DNA of 31,387 nt from a virus (Duplodnaviria > Caudoviricetes), in the IMG/VR virus record IMGVR_UViG_3300031951_000794, positions 1 through 31,387 of that record. One strand, 5' to 3'. Position 1 is the stretch's first letter. Each line of letters starts with the position of its first letter. Below, piece by piece: positions 16,117-25,797 of this stretch. The translations under genes and the position numbers were made by a program. Below the pieces are notes generated by a model that was given only the letters and a program-made list of their open reading frames with translations, did not search any database and had not been told where the DNA came from.

Positions 16117-16895
16117 AGTTTCCTCTTCGCTCGACGATAGGTTCCTTTCGAGTATCGACAATCCCTTGATCGTGGGTCAACAAAAGAATTGCTTCGGATA
16201 CAGTTGTACGCTGGCTCCCAGTAATAGCGAACATCGCAGGTTGATACCCGCCGCCCGAACTGCTCAAGATTCACGGCGTTTCCGTTGATTCCGTCTAAAT
16301 CGGCTATACACGGCGCAGCAAGACGAGGATTTGGTCCGTGTCGCTCGCAAACGGTTCCCGCAAGACACCGACCGCCAATAACGCTATCAACAGGCACGCA
16401 ACCAGGAAGACGACGACGGACAATATTGAGCAACACCCTTCGAGCTGAAGCTCCGAGATCACACTCCAAACACGGCGCAACATAGCAGGCCACCTCCCCT
16501 TTTGCTTGGCTTAGTCGACTTCTAAATCGCATCAGCACGGCTCGATACTTGCGTAAAAGTTTCCTATTTCGACGTGATACCTTCCGGTTTGCGCTGGTTA
16601 TGGTTTCCCCTGAAAACACCTCATACTTTCCACAACGCCGGTTTCTGAGACACGGCGAGTTTACAAGATTCACACGTATCGTTTTCGCCCGCTCGCTTTT
16701 GAGTATCCGCTCGCCGCATCTGCAATCTTTTGCAAACGTGTTTTCCAGCCATCCCGTGACAATACGATCCCGACCGTTAAACGCCCGCAAGCTTTCGGAA
16801 CAATTCCAGGACGGCGAACATAGTCCAAGATAACTCAAGCCCGCTTCGGCGTGTGCATACTGAGCAAACAGCAACACAACAAAAAGCGCTTTCAC
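16077..16895 (-). CDS. Secreted cysteine-rich cationic protein of unknown function
   Basis: Signal peptide MKALFVVLLFAQYAHA (AxA site), 18 Cys, Arg-rich; GTG start overlapping the upstream stop. Confidence 0.75.
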   Translation of the reverse strand: MKALFVVLLFAQYAHAEAGLSYLGLCSPSWNCSESLRAFNGRDRIVTGWLENTFAKDCRCGERILKSERAKTIRVNLVNSPCLRNRRCGKYEVFSGETITSANRKVSRRNRKLLRKYRAVLMRFRSRLSQAKGEVACYVAPCLECDLGASARRVLLNIVRRRLPGCVPVDSVIGGRCLAGTVCERHGPNPRLAAPCIADLDGINGNAVNLEQFGRRVSTCDVRYYWEPAYNCIRSNSFVDPRSRDCRYSKGTYRRAKRKLCNLSLDQSSGTC

Positions 16896-17128
16896 TTGTC
16901 GAGCGCCTTGTCGAGTTTCTTGTCGATGTTTTGCATCGAGTCTCGAAGGTGATTTAGGTTTGACTGTATGATCTGCACGTCGGTTGATAGCGTGTATTTT
17001 GCCCGCTCTAACTCAACGAGGCTATTTTTCACCGAACGATAGTCGATGCCCACAAGCGAAATCACGACGCCGATCGCCGCTTTAATTAGCAGGTCGAGCC
17101 AATAGGGAAAGTTTGTCGGATCGCTCAT
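16892..17128 (-). CDS. Single-TM coiled-coil protein (holin- or spanin-like)
   Basis: ATG 17128 (ATGA overlap); N-terminal hydrophobic helix then heptads ending IDKKLDK. Confidence 0.7.
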   Translation of the reverse strand: MSDPTNFPYWLDLLIKAAIGVVISLVGIDYRSVKNSLVELERAKYTLSTDVQIIQSNLNHLRDSMQNIDKKLDKALDK

Positions 17129-17523
17129 ACCAAAGAAATCTCCAAGCTTGCCGCGTCGTGGCCCTTTAAGCACGTCAAAAACAGTTGCATCGCTTCTCGA
17201 CTTTGCAGAACGCCCCATTCTGTTCCTATCGGTCCAAATCGTAGCCCGAGCAAAATACATCCGTGCGTGTCGTGATGCGTGTTGCCGGCGTGAATCAGTA
17301 TATGAGATCGACCAGGGACGTTGACTACTAAAAAAACCTCTCCGAACTTCGGGCTGTTATGCCGTTTGATTGCGTATTTGCCTAGTGGAATACACGAGAC
17401 CATCTTTTCGTTGTTGCGCCAAGAATCCTCAAGCGTCAACGCTATGGGTCGCTTGTCGCATAGTAGTACGCCGAAGGTCGCTCCGTTGTAGTCGGAAATG
17501 CGCACTAACTGAAAACGTTTCAT
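17125..17523 (-). CDS. DUF5675-family protein, putative endolysin
   Basis: TLE...SCIPLGKY...SPKFG...VPGRSHILIHAGN...GCIL motifs; lies beside membrane-protein genes. Confidence 0.8.
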   Translation of the reverse strand: MKRFQLVRISDYNGATFGVLLCDKRPIALTLEDSWRNNEKMVSCIPLGKYAIKRHNSPKFGEVFLVVNVPGRSHILIHAGNTHHDTHGCILLGLRFGPIGTEWGVLQSREAMQLFLTCLKGHDAASLEISLV

Positions 17524-18920
17524 GCCTCAAGCGCCGCAACTCGTGCTTCAAGATCGAGTATTTTTTGCGCCAACTCTTGAAAACCTTTAACAAGTCGAGC
17601 TTCGTTTTTGCCCATTCCGGTTAAGGTATAAAATCCGCTGCTATCCTGGCCAACTAAATCGGGATAAATTGACTGGACTTCCTGAGCAATAAACCCGATT
17701 TGATGTCCTGATCCATCTTTATAGTCAAACTCCACGGGTCGAAGTGCCATCAAAGCATTAGTTTGTGACGGTAGATCCGTGATGTTTTGTTTCAATCGTT
17801 CATCGGAAAATGATCCGAACGCTACTTGGCTGGCGCCGTTTGCGTTTATTTGGCCCGATCCCGTTGATACGTTGTTTATAAAAAATCGTGCGAAAAGCTG
17901 GGAGCTTGTGCTGTTGTTATCGAACTTCGTGATCACAACTGCTGCGTTGCTAACATCCCCAGCAATATCGCTGCGTGCTGAGATCGTCGCTTTTGTTGTG
18001 CTGGTTCCTCGAACTTCCAACTGAGCATCTGGCGTAGTTTGATTAATACCAATAAAACCGCTGCCTAAAATAGTTGTTCTCACCGTTCCATTTGTGCTTA
18101 GTGTCAAAGGAGCGTTTAAGCCGTTTACTATGTTCAGAGAGTTAGCGCCACCCAGTGTGGTGTTTGCGCTGCTGTTTAGTCGAATTGAGGCGCCGCTTGC
18201 GTTTGTGTTGTTTCCAAGTATGTAAGAGGAATAAGCCGACGATCCCGTGTTGGCATTTCGTGTCCTTACGGCTGTAAGTGTATCGTTCGCCGAGCGAACT
18301 ACATCAACGAGCACACCTGGACTTGTCTCGTTAAAACCAACAAAGCCGTTTGCTCCTAAAATGGTTTGTTTAATAGTGCCGTTGGTCCAAACATGAACGG
18401 GAGCGTTGCCGCTCTGAACTATGTTCAGCGAGTTTGCCCCGCCGCCGGTAGAATTGCCGGAGCTGTTCATCAAAAGCGAACCGGTGCCGGTATCGTTGGC
18501 AATTTGAAATCCGCTCTGCGCTGCCGCTCCGTTGCTCGTGTTTGAAATCCGAACTCGCGAATCGGCATCGTTTGCGTTGCGACTTACGTCGGCGATATAG
18601 GTTGGCGCCGCTGTGCCGATGCCTACTCGACTGTTTACGTAGTCGACACCAAGAGGAGCGCCGTTGGTGATCTGTGTATAGTTAATCGCATCACCTGTCG
18701 CCGTGCCGTTGCCCAAGCTGGTGATTTTAAATCCGCCAAAGTTGAGGTTTGCCGTCGGCGTGTTTGTGCCGTCTTTCGTCAACGTGTTGTTAATTCCGTT
18801 GCGGAAATCGTTGTCTTGCGTATCGTGTCGGTCGGCCTCGATTCCTATCGATGCGGCTGCGTCATCCTGCCATCCCGTTGGTCCGTTTGCTCTGTTAAAT
18901 ACTCCACCCGTCCACGGCAT
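17520..18920 (-). CDS. Tail fibre with C-terminal peptidase S74 intramolecular chaperone
   Basis: N-terminal anchor (TKDGTNTPTANL), VGIGT..P repeats, SDERLKQNI cleavage motif, GFIAQEV, terminal coiled coil. Confidence 0.88.
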   Translation of the reverse strand: MPWTGGVFNRANGPTGWQDDAAASIGIEADRHDTQDNDFRNGINNTLTKDGTNTPTANLNFGGFKITSLGNGTATGDAINYTQITNGAPLGVDYVNSRVGIGTAAPTYIADVSRNANDADSRVRISNTSNGAAAQSGFQIANDTGTGSLLMNSSGNSTGGGANSLNIVQSGNAPVHVWTNGTIKQTILGANGFVGFNETSPGVLVDVVRSANDTLTAVRTRNANTGSSAYSSYILGNNTNASGASIRLNSSANTTLGGANSLNIVNGLNAPLTLSTNGTVRTTILGSGFIGINQTTPDAQLEVRGTSTTKATISARSDIAGDVSNAAVVITKFDNNSTSSQLFARFFINNVSTGSGQINANGASQVAFGSFSDERLKQNITDLPSQTNALMALRPVEFDYKDGSGHQIGFIAQEVQSIYPDLVGQDSSGFYTLTGMGKNEARLVKGFQELAQKILDLEARVAALEA

Positions 18921-18924
18921 ACAA

Positions 18925-21225
18925 TTAAGCCTCCACCTGTTTTCTGCGTTTGAATATATCGTTCCAATATTTTTGAGGATCTGCGGTAATTTTCTTTTCC
19001 TGCTTCAACACGTAGTCAACATAGTTGACGGTTTCCGACGGGACCGCCGCATATTTGATCACGTTGTCGTAGGTTGGTGTGCGATTGCTGCGTTTCACTT
19101 TTGCAAGTGCCTTGTCGACGTTACCCATACCCCAGTTGTACGCCGCTAACGCCAAACTCTTGTCGCCATCGTACTTTGACAAAAGTTGCTGATAGTACTG
19201 TTTTCCGCCTCGCACGTTTTCGGCTGGGTCTGTTCTGTCCGCAACGCGTAAGTCGCTTGCTGTGCCTTTAAGAAGCTGCATCAAGCCGACTGCATCTTTT
19301 GCGCTCTTCGCCTTCGGATTGCCCTTGCTCTCGGCGCTGATAATCGCCTGCGTTATAGCGTCTTGGTCGAGGATAAGTTTCCGAACGTCTGCTGGTTCTC
19401 CGCTAGTGCGCTGTAGCTCTGGCGCCGTCGTTTTCGACTGTTGTTTCTGCTCCTTTGCGATGCCACGCAACGCATCAAGGATCTCCTTGTCGGTGCTCTT
19501 GTCGCTCAATGCTCCAAGCTTCTGAATGATAGTGTCCTGGACCGCTTCGGCCTTTTGCTCCTTGTCTGCCGCTCGCTGAGACTGTAGGGCGCCCGCAATC
19601 GCAAAGCCTCGACCACGTCCGTACTCCTGAAGCAATTCGCCCGCCTGTGCCGCATATTTTTGCAACGCTGGATCGGCTGTGATATCGCTTAAAAACTGCT
19701 TTCCTTCTGATGTTCGCGCTGCGTTTAAAATCTGTCCGATAACCGCTGGCAGCGGGTTGCCTGTAACGCCGCTTATTATGTTAAGCGTGCCTGGTCCTCC
19801 CGACGTTCGCATTGAATTAAAAGCGTCCTCAACAACGTCAGCTCCGAGGTCCTTAAAAGCAATCTTTCCGAAATCGCTTTTTAAGTCGGCTGCGTCGCCC
19901 CACACCCGATTTATTTCCTTAATCTCGGCCGCTGTTCCCTTGGGTATGCCGCTACCAAACTCGGCAAGCGCAATTCTGTTTTCAATCTCTTGTCGAAGGT
20001 CGGCCCGAATCGCTTTTCGCACGTCTTCGGCGTAAGGTTTGTTGCTCCAAACGTAATTTAAACCGACTTTAGCACGTTGGAGATCCATGATAGATCCGCC
20101 TTCGGCCTCATTCATTTGATTGATAATTGCCGAGCGCTCTTTTTCAATAATTTTCTTTGCTTCGTCTTTTGCATCACCGGATAATTTTGACAAAAACGCA
20201 TCCGAGTTTGAGCGATTAAAATCAGCAATCGGCGGAACAATGCTGTTTGCTTGTGAAAGCCTTATTTCCAGCTCATTGTTTAAGGCGTTTTGAAATTGCC
20301 CCAATCGCGTAGCGTTGCCAAGCGCTTCCGCCTCGTTGTCGATGATACCGTCTCTTTCAAATTGCTTGATATTTTTCAGGATTGGCGCTTGATCGGCATC
20401 GGTTATTTTGACGCCCTTTGCCTCGGCTCCTTTGAGGCTACGCCCCACGTCCATCGGACGGAAACCGTAAGCGCTTAACTTCAAACGGTCGCTTTCGTTT
20501 GCCAATCGACCAAGTCCACGCCCTGCAACGTTGCTGACCACCGACCCTGCCGTTCCAAACGCTCCGGATTTTAACCCCTCGACCAAAGCGCTCTGATCCT
20601 CTTTTGCTCGCACGGCGCCTTCGATAAAAGCTTGGCCTGGAACGGATGCAAGCCCTTTTGCTGTAATTATTCCACCTGGTACGGTTTGAATTGCCTTCTC
20701 TGCCGCCTTTACAACGTCGAGCGCCTTCTCTGTTGCTTTCGCTGTTTTTGCTCCTTCGGTCAAAGCCTTGTATAGCGTCGGTAAGTTTTCCGCCGCTGTC
20801 GCTGCCGTCTTACCCTTTGCGGCCACGCCCAATATACCTAACGGGTTTACAATCATCCCTGGAACAACTTCGGTAACGGTCGACGCGACCGGCGCCTGCG
20901 CTCCGAAAGCCGCTTGCGCTGTCTCGATGTCTTTCAAGCGTTGCGCATAGGTAGTTTCTGGATATTGTGCGCCAAAAAGAGATCCGACCGTCTCTGCTGC
21001 CGGTTGTAAAACACCTGCCTCGAACTTCGGCCACTGCCCTAGTGTTAGGCCCGATAGATAGCTGCGTGACAAGCCAAGAGCTGCGTCGCCCGTTGATCCG
21101 TAGCTCGTGTACGCTTGAGGAGTGCCCGCACCGGTATAAACACCTCCACCGGTAACGGCCAACTCGGCCTCTTTTGTTGGTGGTCCAAGCTCGGCAAGTA
21201 TGCTGCTAATATCCTCGTCGGCCAT
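18925..21225 (-). CDS. Internal virion/ejection protein with C-terminal SLT lytic transglycosylase
   Basis: AES, GLMQL and ALAAYNWG SLT motifs; probable start ATG 21225. Confidence 0.88.
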   Translation of the reverse strand: MADEDISSILAELGPPTKEAELAVTGGGVYTGAGTPQAYTSYGSTGDAALGLSRSYLSGLTLGQWPKFEAGVLQPAAETVGSLFGAQYPETTYAQRLKDIETAQAAFGAQAPVASTVTEVVPGMIVNPLGILGVAAKGKTAATAAENLPTLYKALTEGAKTAKATEKALDVVKAAEKAIQTVPGGIITAKGLASVPGQAFIEGAVRAKEDQSALVEGLKSGAFGTAGSVVSNVAGRGLGRLANESDRLKLSAYGFRPMDVGRSLKGAEAKGVKITDADQAPILKNIKQFERDGIIDNEAEALGNATRLGQFQNALNNELEIRLSQANSIVPPIADFNRSNSDAFLSKLSGDAKDEAKKIIEKERSAIINQMNEAEGGSIMDLQRAKVGLNYVWSNKPYAEDVRKAIRADLRQEIENRIALAEFGSGIPKGTAAEIKEINRVWGDAADLKSDFGKIAFKDLGADVVEDAFNSMRTSGGPGTLNIISGVTGNPLPAVIGQILNAARTSEGKQFLSDITADPALQKYAAQAGELLQEYGRGRGFAIAGALQSQRAADKEQKAEAVQDTIIQKLGALSDKSTDKEILDALRGIAKEQKQQSKTTAPELQRTSGEPADVRKLILDQDAITQAIISAESKGNPKAKSAKDAVGLMQLLKGTASDLRVADRTDPAENVRGGKQYYQQLLSKYDGDKSLALAAYNWGMGNVDKALAKVKRSNRTPTYDNVIKYAAVPSETVNYVDYVLKQEKKITADPQKYWNDIFKRRKQVEA

Positions 21226-21227
21226 CG

Positions 21228-22736
21228 CTATCTCACTAACTGATACAAAGCTGCGTATTCCCGCTCTTGAGCGTCGCTCCAATTTTTGCGGCCCACCTGC
21301 TGTAACGCCTTGATCCGAAGTTTAGCCTCCGCAACGGCCAACGCCGCCGCCGCTGGCTGTGCTGTCGCCGCTGGAGCCGCTGTTGGCTGTGCAACCGGAA
21401 CGACAACCGTTTGAGTTGTTGGCGCTGGTGCCGCTGTCGCGCCGACCACGGCTGCCGGAGTCGCCGTTGCTGTCGGTGTCATCGCTTTCACAAGCTTGCT
21501 TTCCGGCGTAGCTGATACTAACGGGATCACCTCCTTTTGCTTAGTCGGTTGTGGTGTAGGCGACATCGCCGCCTGTGGCATTTGAGCGGGTTGTGCCGAC
21601 GGTGCTGCCGCCGGCGGCTGCTGTTGGCTTGATAGCGCCGAAATGATTCTTTCGGGACTCAATTCACCGCTGGCAAGCTTGTCGAGTATTTGGGAAGCGC
21701 TTGCGTCGCCTAGATCCTCAACGCCTGGAACTCTGAACCACTTTTGCACAACGTCTTCGTATGCTTGCGCTGGCCCGAGCGGTGAAATGCGTTGCCGAAT
21801 TACATCGGCACGATCTGCTCGTCGTGTGCGGGTCAATGCCTCATTTTCCGCAAAGTTGATCACTTGCTGATATTGATTCGCATATGAGTTGTAAGCGTTT
21901 CGCGCTATTCCAAGAATCTGCGCTCGTAGTTGGGGAGTTAATTTTCCTTTTCCTTCAGCTGCATTTGCCATCAGAGCCTTGAACTGGTCGGGTATGCTCG
22001 GGCTGCCCATGATAGCGCGAACCTCGCCCTCGTTTACTGACAAAGCCGGCTCAATCGCCTGGATCGCTCCCTTGGCGAACTCAACGTCGGACACGGCATC
22101 GGTCTTCATCACGCCTTGCGCAAGCCTTTGAACAACACCTTTGCTGTACTGATAGTTTTTGTATGCGTCGGATTTGGTCAGATTGTCTTGAATTGACTTC
22201 AATTCCCCTTCCGCTTTAGTGCCGAGAAACTCCGAACTTGTCCCCGCCTCTTGAGCTGCTGCCGTTCCTGCCGCTCGCATCGTGTCGTATTCGCTGATCG
22301 ACACGCCAAGATCCTCGGCCGCCTTTCGTTTTGATTCTATTTCCGCCTTGATTCCTTCCTGGCGTCGAAGTTTTTCGTCTTCGAGTTGCTGCTGCATTTG
22401 GTTGATCGCCATGTATCGCGATGCGCCCGCCAATCGTGGCTCTGCCTGCAAAATCTGAGATCGCCTCTCCGGTGTGATAGTCGGACTCAATAGCTCAGTC
22501 AAGTAACTGGCTGAGGCTGCGTTTCTTTCGTCGGCCGCTTGTCGTGCTTGATATCCCAAAAGACCGGCGACCAACGCTCCGCCTAATACAGTGGCAAAGT
22601 TGCGACCTGGGGAGCCGTACGGATCAACGAGCGCAGGTAGTGCGCTCGATACACCTTGCGCCGCTATTCCCCAGCCTGTCTCTCCGCCTGTGTATGAGTT
22701 GGCAAGTAGACTCGCCAATAAGTCCTCGCCCGCCAT
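21228..22736 (-). CDS. Putative internal virion/ejection protein
   Basis: 502 aa, helical, one hydrophobic segment, Ala/Pro/Thr-rich linker; lies between nozzle and SLT protein. Confidence 0.65.
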   Translation of the reverse strand: MAGEDLLASLLANSYTGGETGWGIAAQGVSSALPALVDPYGSPGRNFATVLGGALVAGLLGYQARQAADERNAASASYLTELLSPTITPERRSQILQAEPRLAGASRYMAINQMQQQLEDEKLRRQEGIKAEIESKRKAAEDLGVSISEYDTMRAAGTAAAQEAGTSSEFLGTKAEGELKSIQDNLTKSDAYKNYQYSKGVVQRLAQGVMKTDAVSDVEFAKGAIQAIEPALSVNEGEVRAIMGSPSIPDQFKALMANAAEGKGKLTPQLRAQILGIARNAYNSYANQYQQVINFAENEALTRTRRADRADVIRQRISPLGPAQAYEDVVQKWFRVPGVEDLGDASASQILDKLASGELSPERIISALSSQQQPPAAAPSAQPAQMPQAAMSPTPQPTKQKEVIPLVSATPESKLVKAMTPTATATPAAVVGATAAPAPTTQTVVVPVAQPTAAPAATAQPAAAALAVAEAKLRIKALQQVGRKNWSDAQEREYAALYQLVR

Positions 22737-23551
22737 TAGCTTAACGCTCCTCGCGTTATACCTGCACTAACTCCGGTCGCAAATCCGCCAATCGCCTGAT
22801 TCCATGCGCTCGGACTCTTTCCTTCCTGTGCCGCCTGAAGCGCTGCTTGGTCATACAGTAGATCCCGCTTGTATCCGTACTCTGCTGCCATCAGAGCGAA
22901 AGGATCTGGACCTCCTCCCCCACCGCCTCGAGCCATCGATGCTCGTGCTTGCCGCTCAAGTTTTGCCTGATTCGCTTCCCACTGTCTTTGTTTCTCTTGT
23001 TCAACCGCCGCCGATTGTACGCCGAAAAAGCTGCCCAGCTTGGCCGCCTGATCAATCGGCACGTTGTAGCGTGCAAGCTCTTGATCGAATCGCTGACCCT
23101 GCAACGCCCGACCCGCTTGTTCTGCTGTTAGCATCGCCTGTTGTCGCGCCCTGTCTTGCGATTTGTACATTTGGTCGCGCATCTTTGCCGCTCCTGCGCC
23201 CATTGGATCAAGTCCACGCTCGGCGATCATCTGTTCTAACTGCAATTCGTCATCCCTGAACTGCTCGCTATTTTCAATTTCAAAGTTATCCATCACGTTT
23301 TGAAAAGCGCTCTGGTATAGGTCGTCGTATTCGCCTGGATTAAAGGCCCCTTGAGATTGTGCTTGGTTTAAAAAATCCTGGACGCTCTGCGTTACCTCTT
23401 GACCAACTGCCGCCACGTTTCGCTCGCCTTGCCGCTGCATCTCACGCTGCTCGCGCTTGTATGCTCGCTCTTCTCGCCGCTCTTTTCGCTTCTTTTTATC
23501 GCCACGTTTAGTCGAAGGACTTTTGCTTAATGCTGTTTTCCGCTCGGCCAT
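22736..23551 (-). CDS. Putative DNA ejection/pilot protein
   Basis: Basic N-terminus, Gln-rich helices, Gly-rich amphipathic C-terminus; follows the nozzle gene. Confidence 0.6.
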   Translation of the reverse strand: MAERKTALSKSPSTKRGDKKKRKERREERAYKREQREMQRQGERNVAAVGQEVTQSVQDFLNQAQSQGAFNPGEYDDLYQSAFQNVMDNFEIENSEQFRDDELQLEQMIAERGLDPMGAGAAKMRDQMYKSQDRARQQAMLTAEQAGRALQGQRFDQELARYNVPIDQAAKLGSFFGVQSAAVEQEKQRQWEANQAKLERQARASMARGGGGGGPDPFALMAAEYGYKRDLLYDQAALQAAQEGKSPSAWNQAIGGFATGVSAGITRGALS

Positions 23552-25059
23552 TATACTTGCCCTCCTATCTCAAAACGGACCTCAAATCCGAAAAGCTTGA
23601 ACGCTGAATCGTTCACGCTCACTTTCATGTAGATCGACCCGCTGTGTCCCTGCCCCTTGAGAGAGGCTCGGTCGTATATGTACTCAAGCCCGCCGGACCA
23701 ACTCGACCCCCACGGAGCGCCCCAAAACGTTGTTGCCCCTGGTCCTGTTGTAATTGTTCCGGTTGGCGCCTGTCTACGAAAATCCGTGTTCATCGCTATC
23801 TGGTAACCAACGCCTCTTTGCGTTTGTATTAGCGGTCGGACGTCTTTCCAGTTTTTATAGTTGCCACGAACTCCATAAAACAAAAACGGCATTTCGATTG
23901 TAAGGTCAATCGGAAAGCCCTTGTCTGTGTATCCGGTCTCAGCTGTGTATATGATGCCATCATCGCTGCCGTAAAAAGTGTCGGTGCCAGCGACCGTTAC
24001 CATGATATCGTCACTCTGCGAATACAAGCCGTACTTGCACCAAGCCTTTGAATCAATCGACCATGCCAAAATGCAAGTTTCTGTCGCCGATACCGGCACG
24101 GCCAAATACACACGCCTTGTCGTAGGATTGAAAACACCGTGCCATCGGTAAGAAAAAGGAAAAATCGCAGCGTAACGGGAAAGGAGCGGGTTTATTCGTC
24201 CGCCTATGGTTTCCGTCGCTTGCTGAGGGTCCGACGCAAAAAGGACCGAAATAGGAACGATGCCCTGTTGAGTAAGGATCCAAATATCGTTGTTGACCCT
24301 GACGAAAGCGTTGTACCCGAGCGGTTTGCCAATGAAGTACCTCGCAACGATACCCCAATCGCCCGTCGGCGCTCCGGCTGGCGACGAACCTGCATAAAAC
24401 AAAATCTCTCCTTCGCTGCTGCACGCAAAGAATAAGTCGGCCGACGTTTGCGCAGTCTGATTAGTATACGAACCAGCAAAGACCAAAAAGCCGCCCCGTG
24501 TGAAAACATATTGCAGATCCTCCTGGGTAAGAGCGCTCGCGCCGACGGCGTTTGTTCCGCCATACCAAAAACTGAGCGTATTTTCCTGAACAAAATAAAG
24601 ACGCGACTTGTAACTCGAAACATTCACCAAGCTTGAAAGAGATACCCCAGTAAAGGTCGAATCCGCTGTCGTTGTTCCGTTGTATACCTGCGCAACGTCT
24701 GTGCCGTTTACGATAAACAAACGATTGGCAAACACCGTCGTTTGACATGCGTTTTCTGTGATGGGAGTTGTACCTGTGACGGTAGTTGTAACGCCTCCGA
24801 CTAACGAAAAGATGTTTCCGCCGCTAATTGCGACAAGCTGAGTTGCTCCACTTTGCAACGGTAGCGATGTTAGGGTCTTAACCGTCAACGCAGTGCCGAG
24901 GTCGTCAAGCTCGACGTACCCCTTGCGCATCTCTGGTGCCGTCGGAGCCGGAAACAAGTTTATCAGGTCCAACGCATATTGGGGCTCCATCTGGTCGATA
25001 GGTGTGACAAGATCGAGCCCTCCGAACGGCGCTGGAAGTGTTACCGACTCGACGGCCAT
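23551..25059 (-). CDS. Tail nozzle / packaged-DNA stabilisation protein (P22 gp10-like)
   Basis: LPAPFGGL start, beta-propeller-like pattern (RLFIVNG, RLYFV), WGAPWG near the C-terminus. Confidence 0.78.
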   Translation of the reverse strand: MAVESVTLPAPFGGLDLVTPIDQMEPQYALDLINLFPAPTAPEMRKGYVELDDLGTALTVKTLTSLPLQSGATQLVAISGGNIFSLVGGVTTTVTGTTPITENACQTTVFANRLFIVNGTDVAQVYNGTTTADSTFTGVSLSSLVNVSSYKSRLYFVQENTLSFWYGGTNAVGASALTQEDLQYVFTRGGFLVFAGSYTNQTAQTSADLFFACSSEGEILFYAGSSPAGAPTGDWGIVARYFIGKPLGYNAFVRVNNDIWILTQQGIVPISVLFASDPQQATETIGGRINPLLSRYAAIFPFSYRWHGVFNPTTRRVYLAVPVSATETCILAWSIDSKAWCKYGLYSQSDDIMVTVAGTDTFYGSDDGIIYTAETGYTDKGFPIDLTIEMPFLFYGVRGNYKNWKDVRPLIQTQRGVGYQIAMNTDFRRQAPTGTITTGPGATTFWGAPWGSSWSGGLEYIYDRASLKGQGHSGSIYMKVSVNDSAFKLFGFEVRFEIGGQV

Positions 25060-25062
25060 TTG

Positions 25063-25797
25063 CTACCACCGAAGTTTACGACGGAGTCCGCCAACCGCTG
25101 CGCCGCCTAAGCGCTCAGGTCGTCGTAACGGATTTCCACGGAAAAGGTTGTTGTCGACGACGGTTTCGCCCATTTCGCGAGCAGTATCATAGTCGGACTC
25201 AACCACGTTGCCGACTCGTCTTCCCATGCCTTCGGCCATTTGCTGCGGATACTGAGTTATTTGACCCGCTACCCGTCCGATATTAGCTGGTCCCATCTCC
25301 CGCTCATATTGCTGCATCGCTTGCTCGCGAGTACCATATACCCCTGGGGAAAGCCGGAATCGACCGCCCTGATTTCGACTTGGCCGATACACGTCTTCAA
25401 ATCGCTGACCTTGTCCGCCCAAAAAGCCTGGCGCCCCTTCGACCTCCAAATTAGGCGTCATATTGACCCGATCCGCAAACGCCTCACCGCTGCCACGGCC
25501 GATTGATTCAATGAGGTTGTCGTAGGCTCTGCCGCCATCAACCGGAGCCATGCCCTCTCGCCATCGAGCCGGCCCCTTGTTCATCGCATCTTCCAGCGCA
25601 CCAACGCCACGATCAAACTGTTGAGGTCCACGTCGCATCCCTCGATCCAACATTCGCTCTTGCGCTCTTTGCAGTCCGCCATCGGCTCGACGATATACGC
25701 CTGGACTCACTCGCACCATCTCTTCTCGGCCCCGACCGCCTCTTGGTGCCTGTGGTCTCTGCCCTGGTCTTCTCTCTAATGCTGTTCTGCGTGCCAT
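25063..25797 (-). CDS. Arg/Gly-rich putative internal virion protein
   Basis: 244 aa, coupled to neighbours; two RxSPGVY motifs. Confidence 0.65.
   Translation of the reverse strand: MARRTALERRPGQRPQAPRGGRGREEMVRVSPGVYRRADGGLQRAQERMLDRGMRRGPQQFDRGVGALEDAMNKGPARWREGMAPVDGGRAYDNLIESIGRGSGEAFADRVNMTPNLEVEGAPGFLGGQGQRFEDVYRPSRNQGGRFRLSPGVYGTREQAMQQYEREMGPANIGRVAGQITQYPQQMAEGMGRRVGNVVESDYDTAREMGETVVDNNLFRGNPLRRPERLGGAAVGGLRRKLRW

Noticed and set aside
21340-21630. Ala/Pro/Thr/Gln-rich stretch as a tandem repeat or array
   Set aside because: Low-complexity protein linker with no fixed-period DNA repeat
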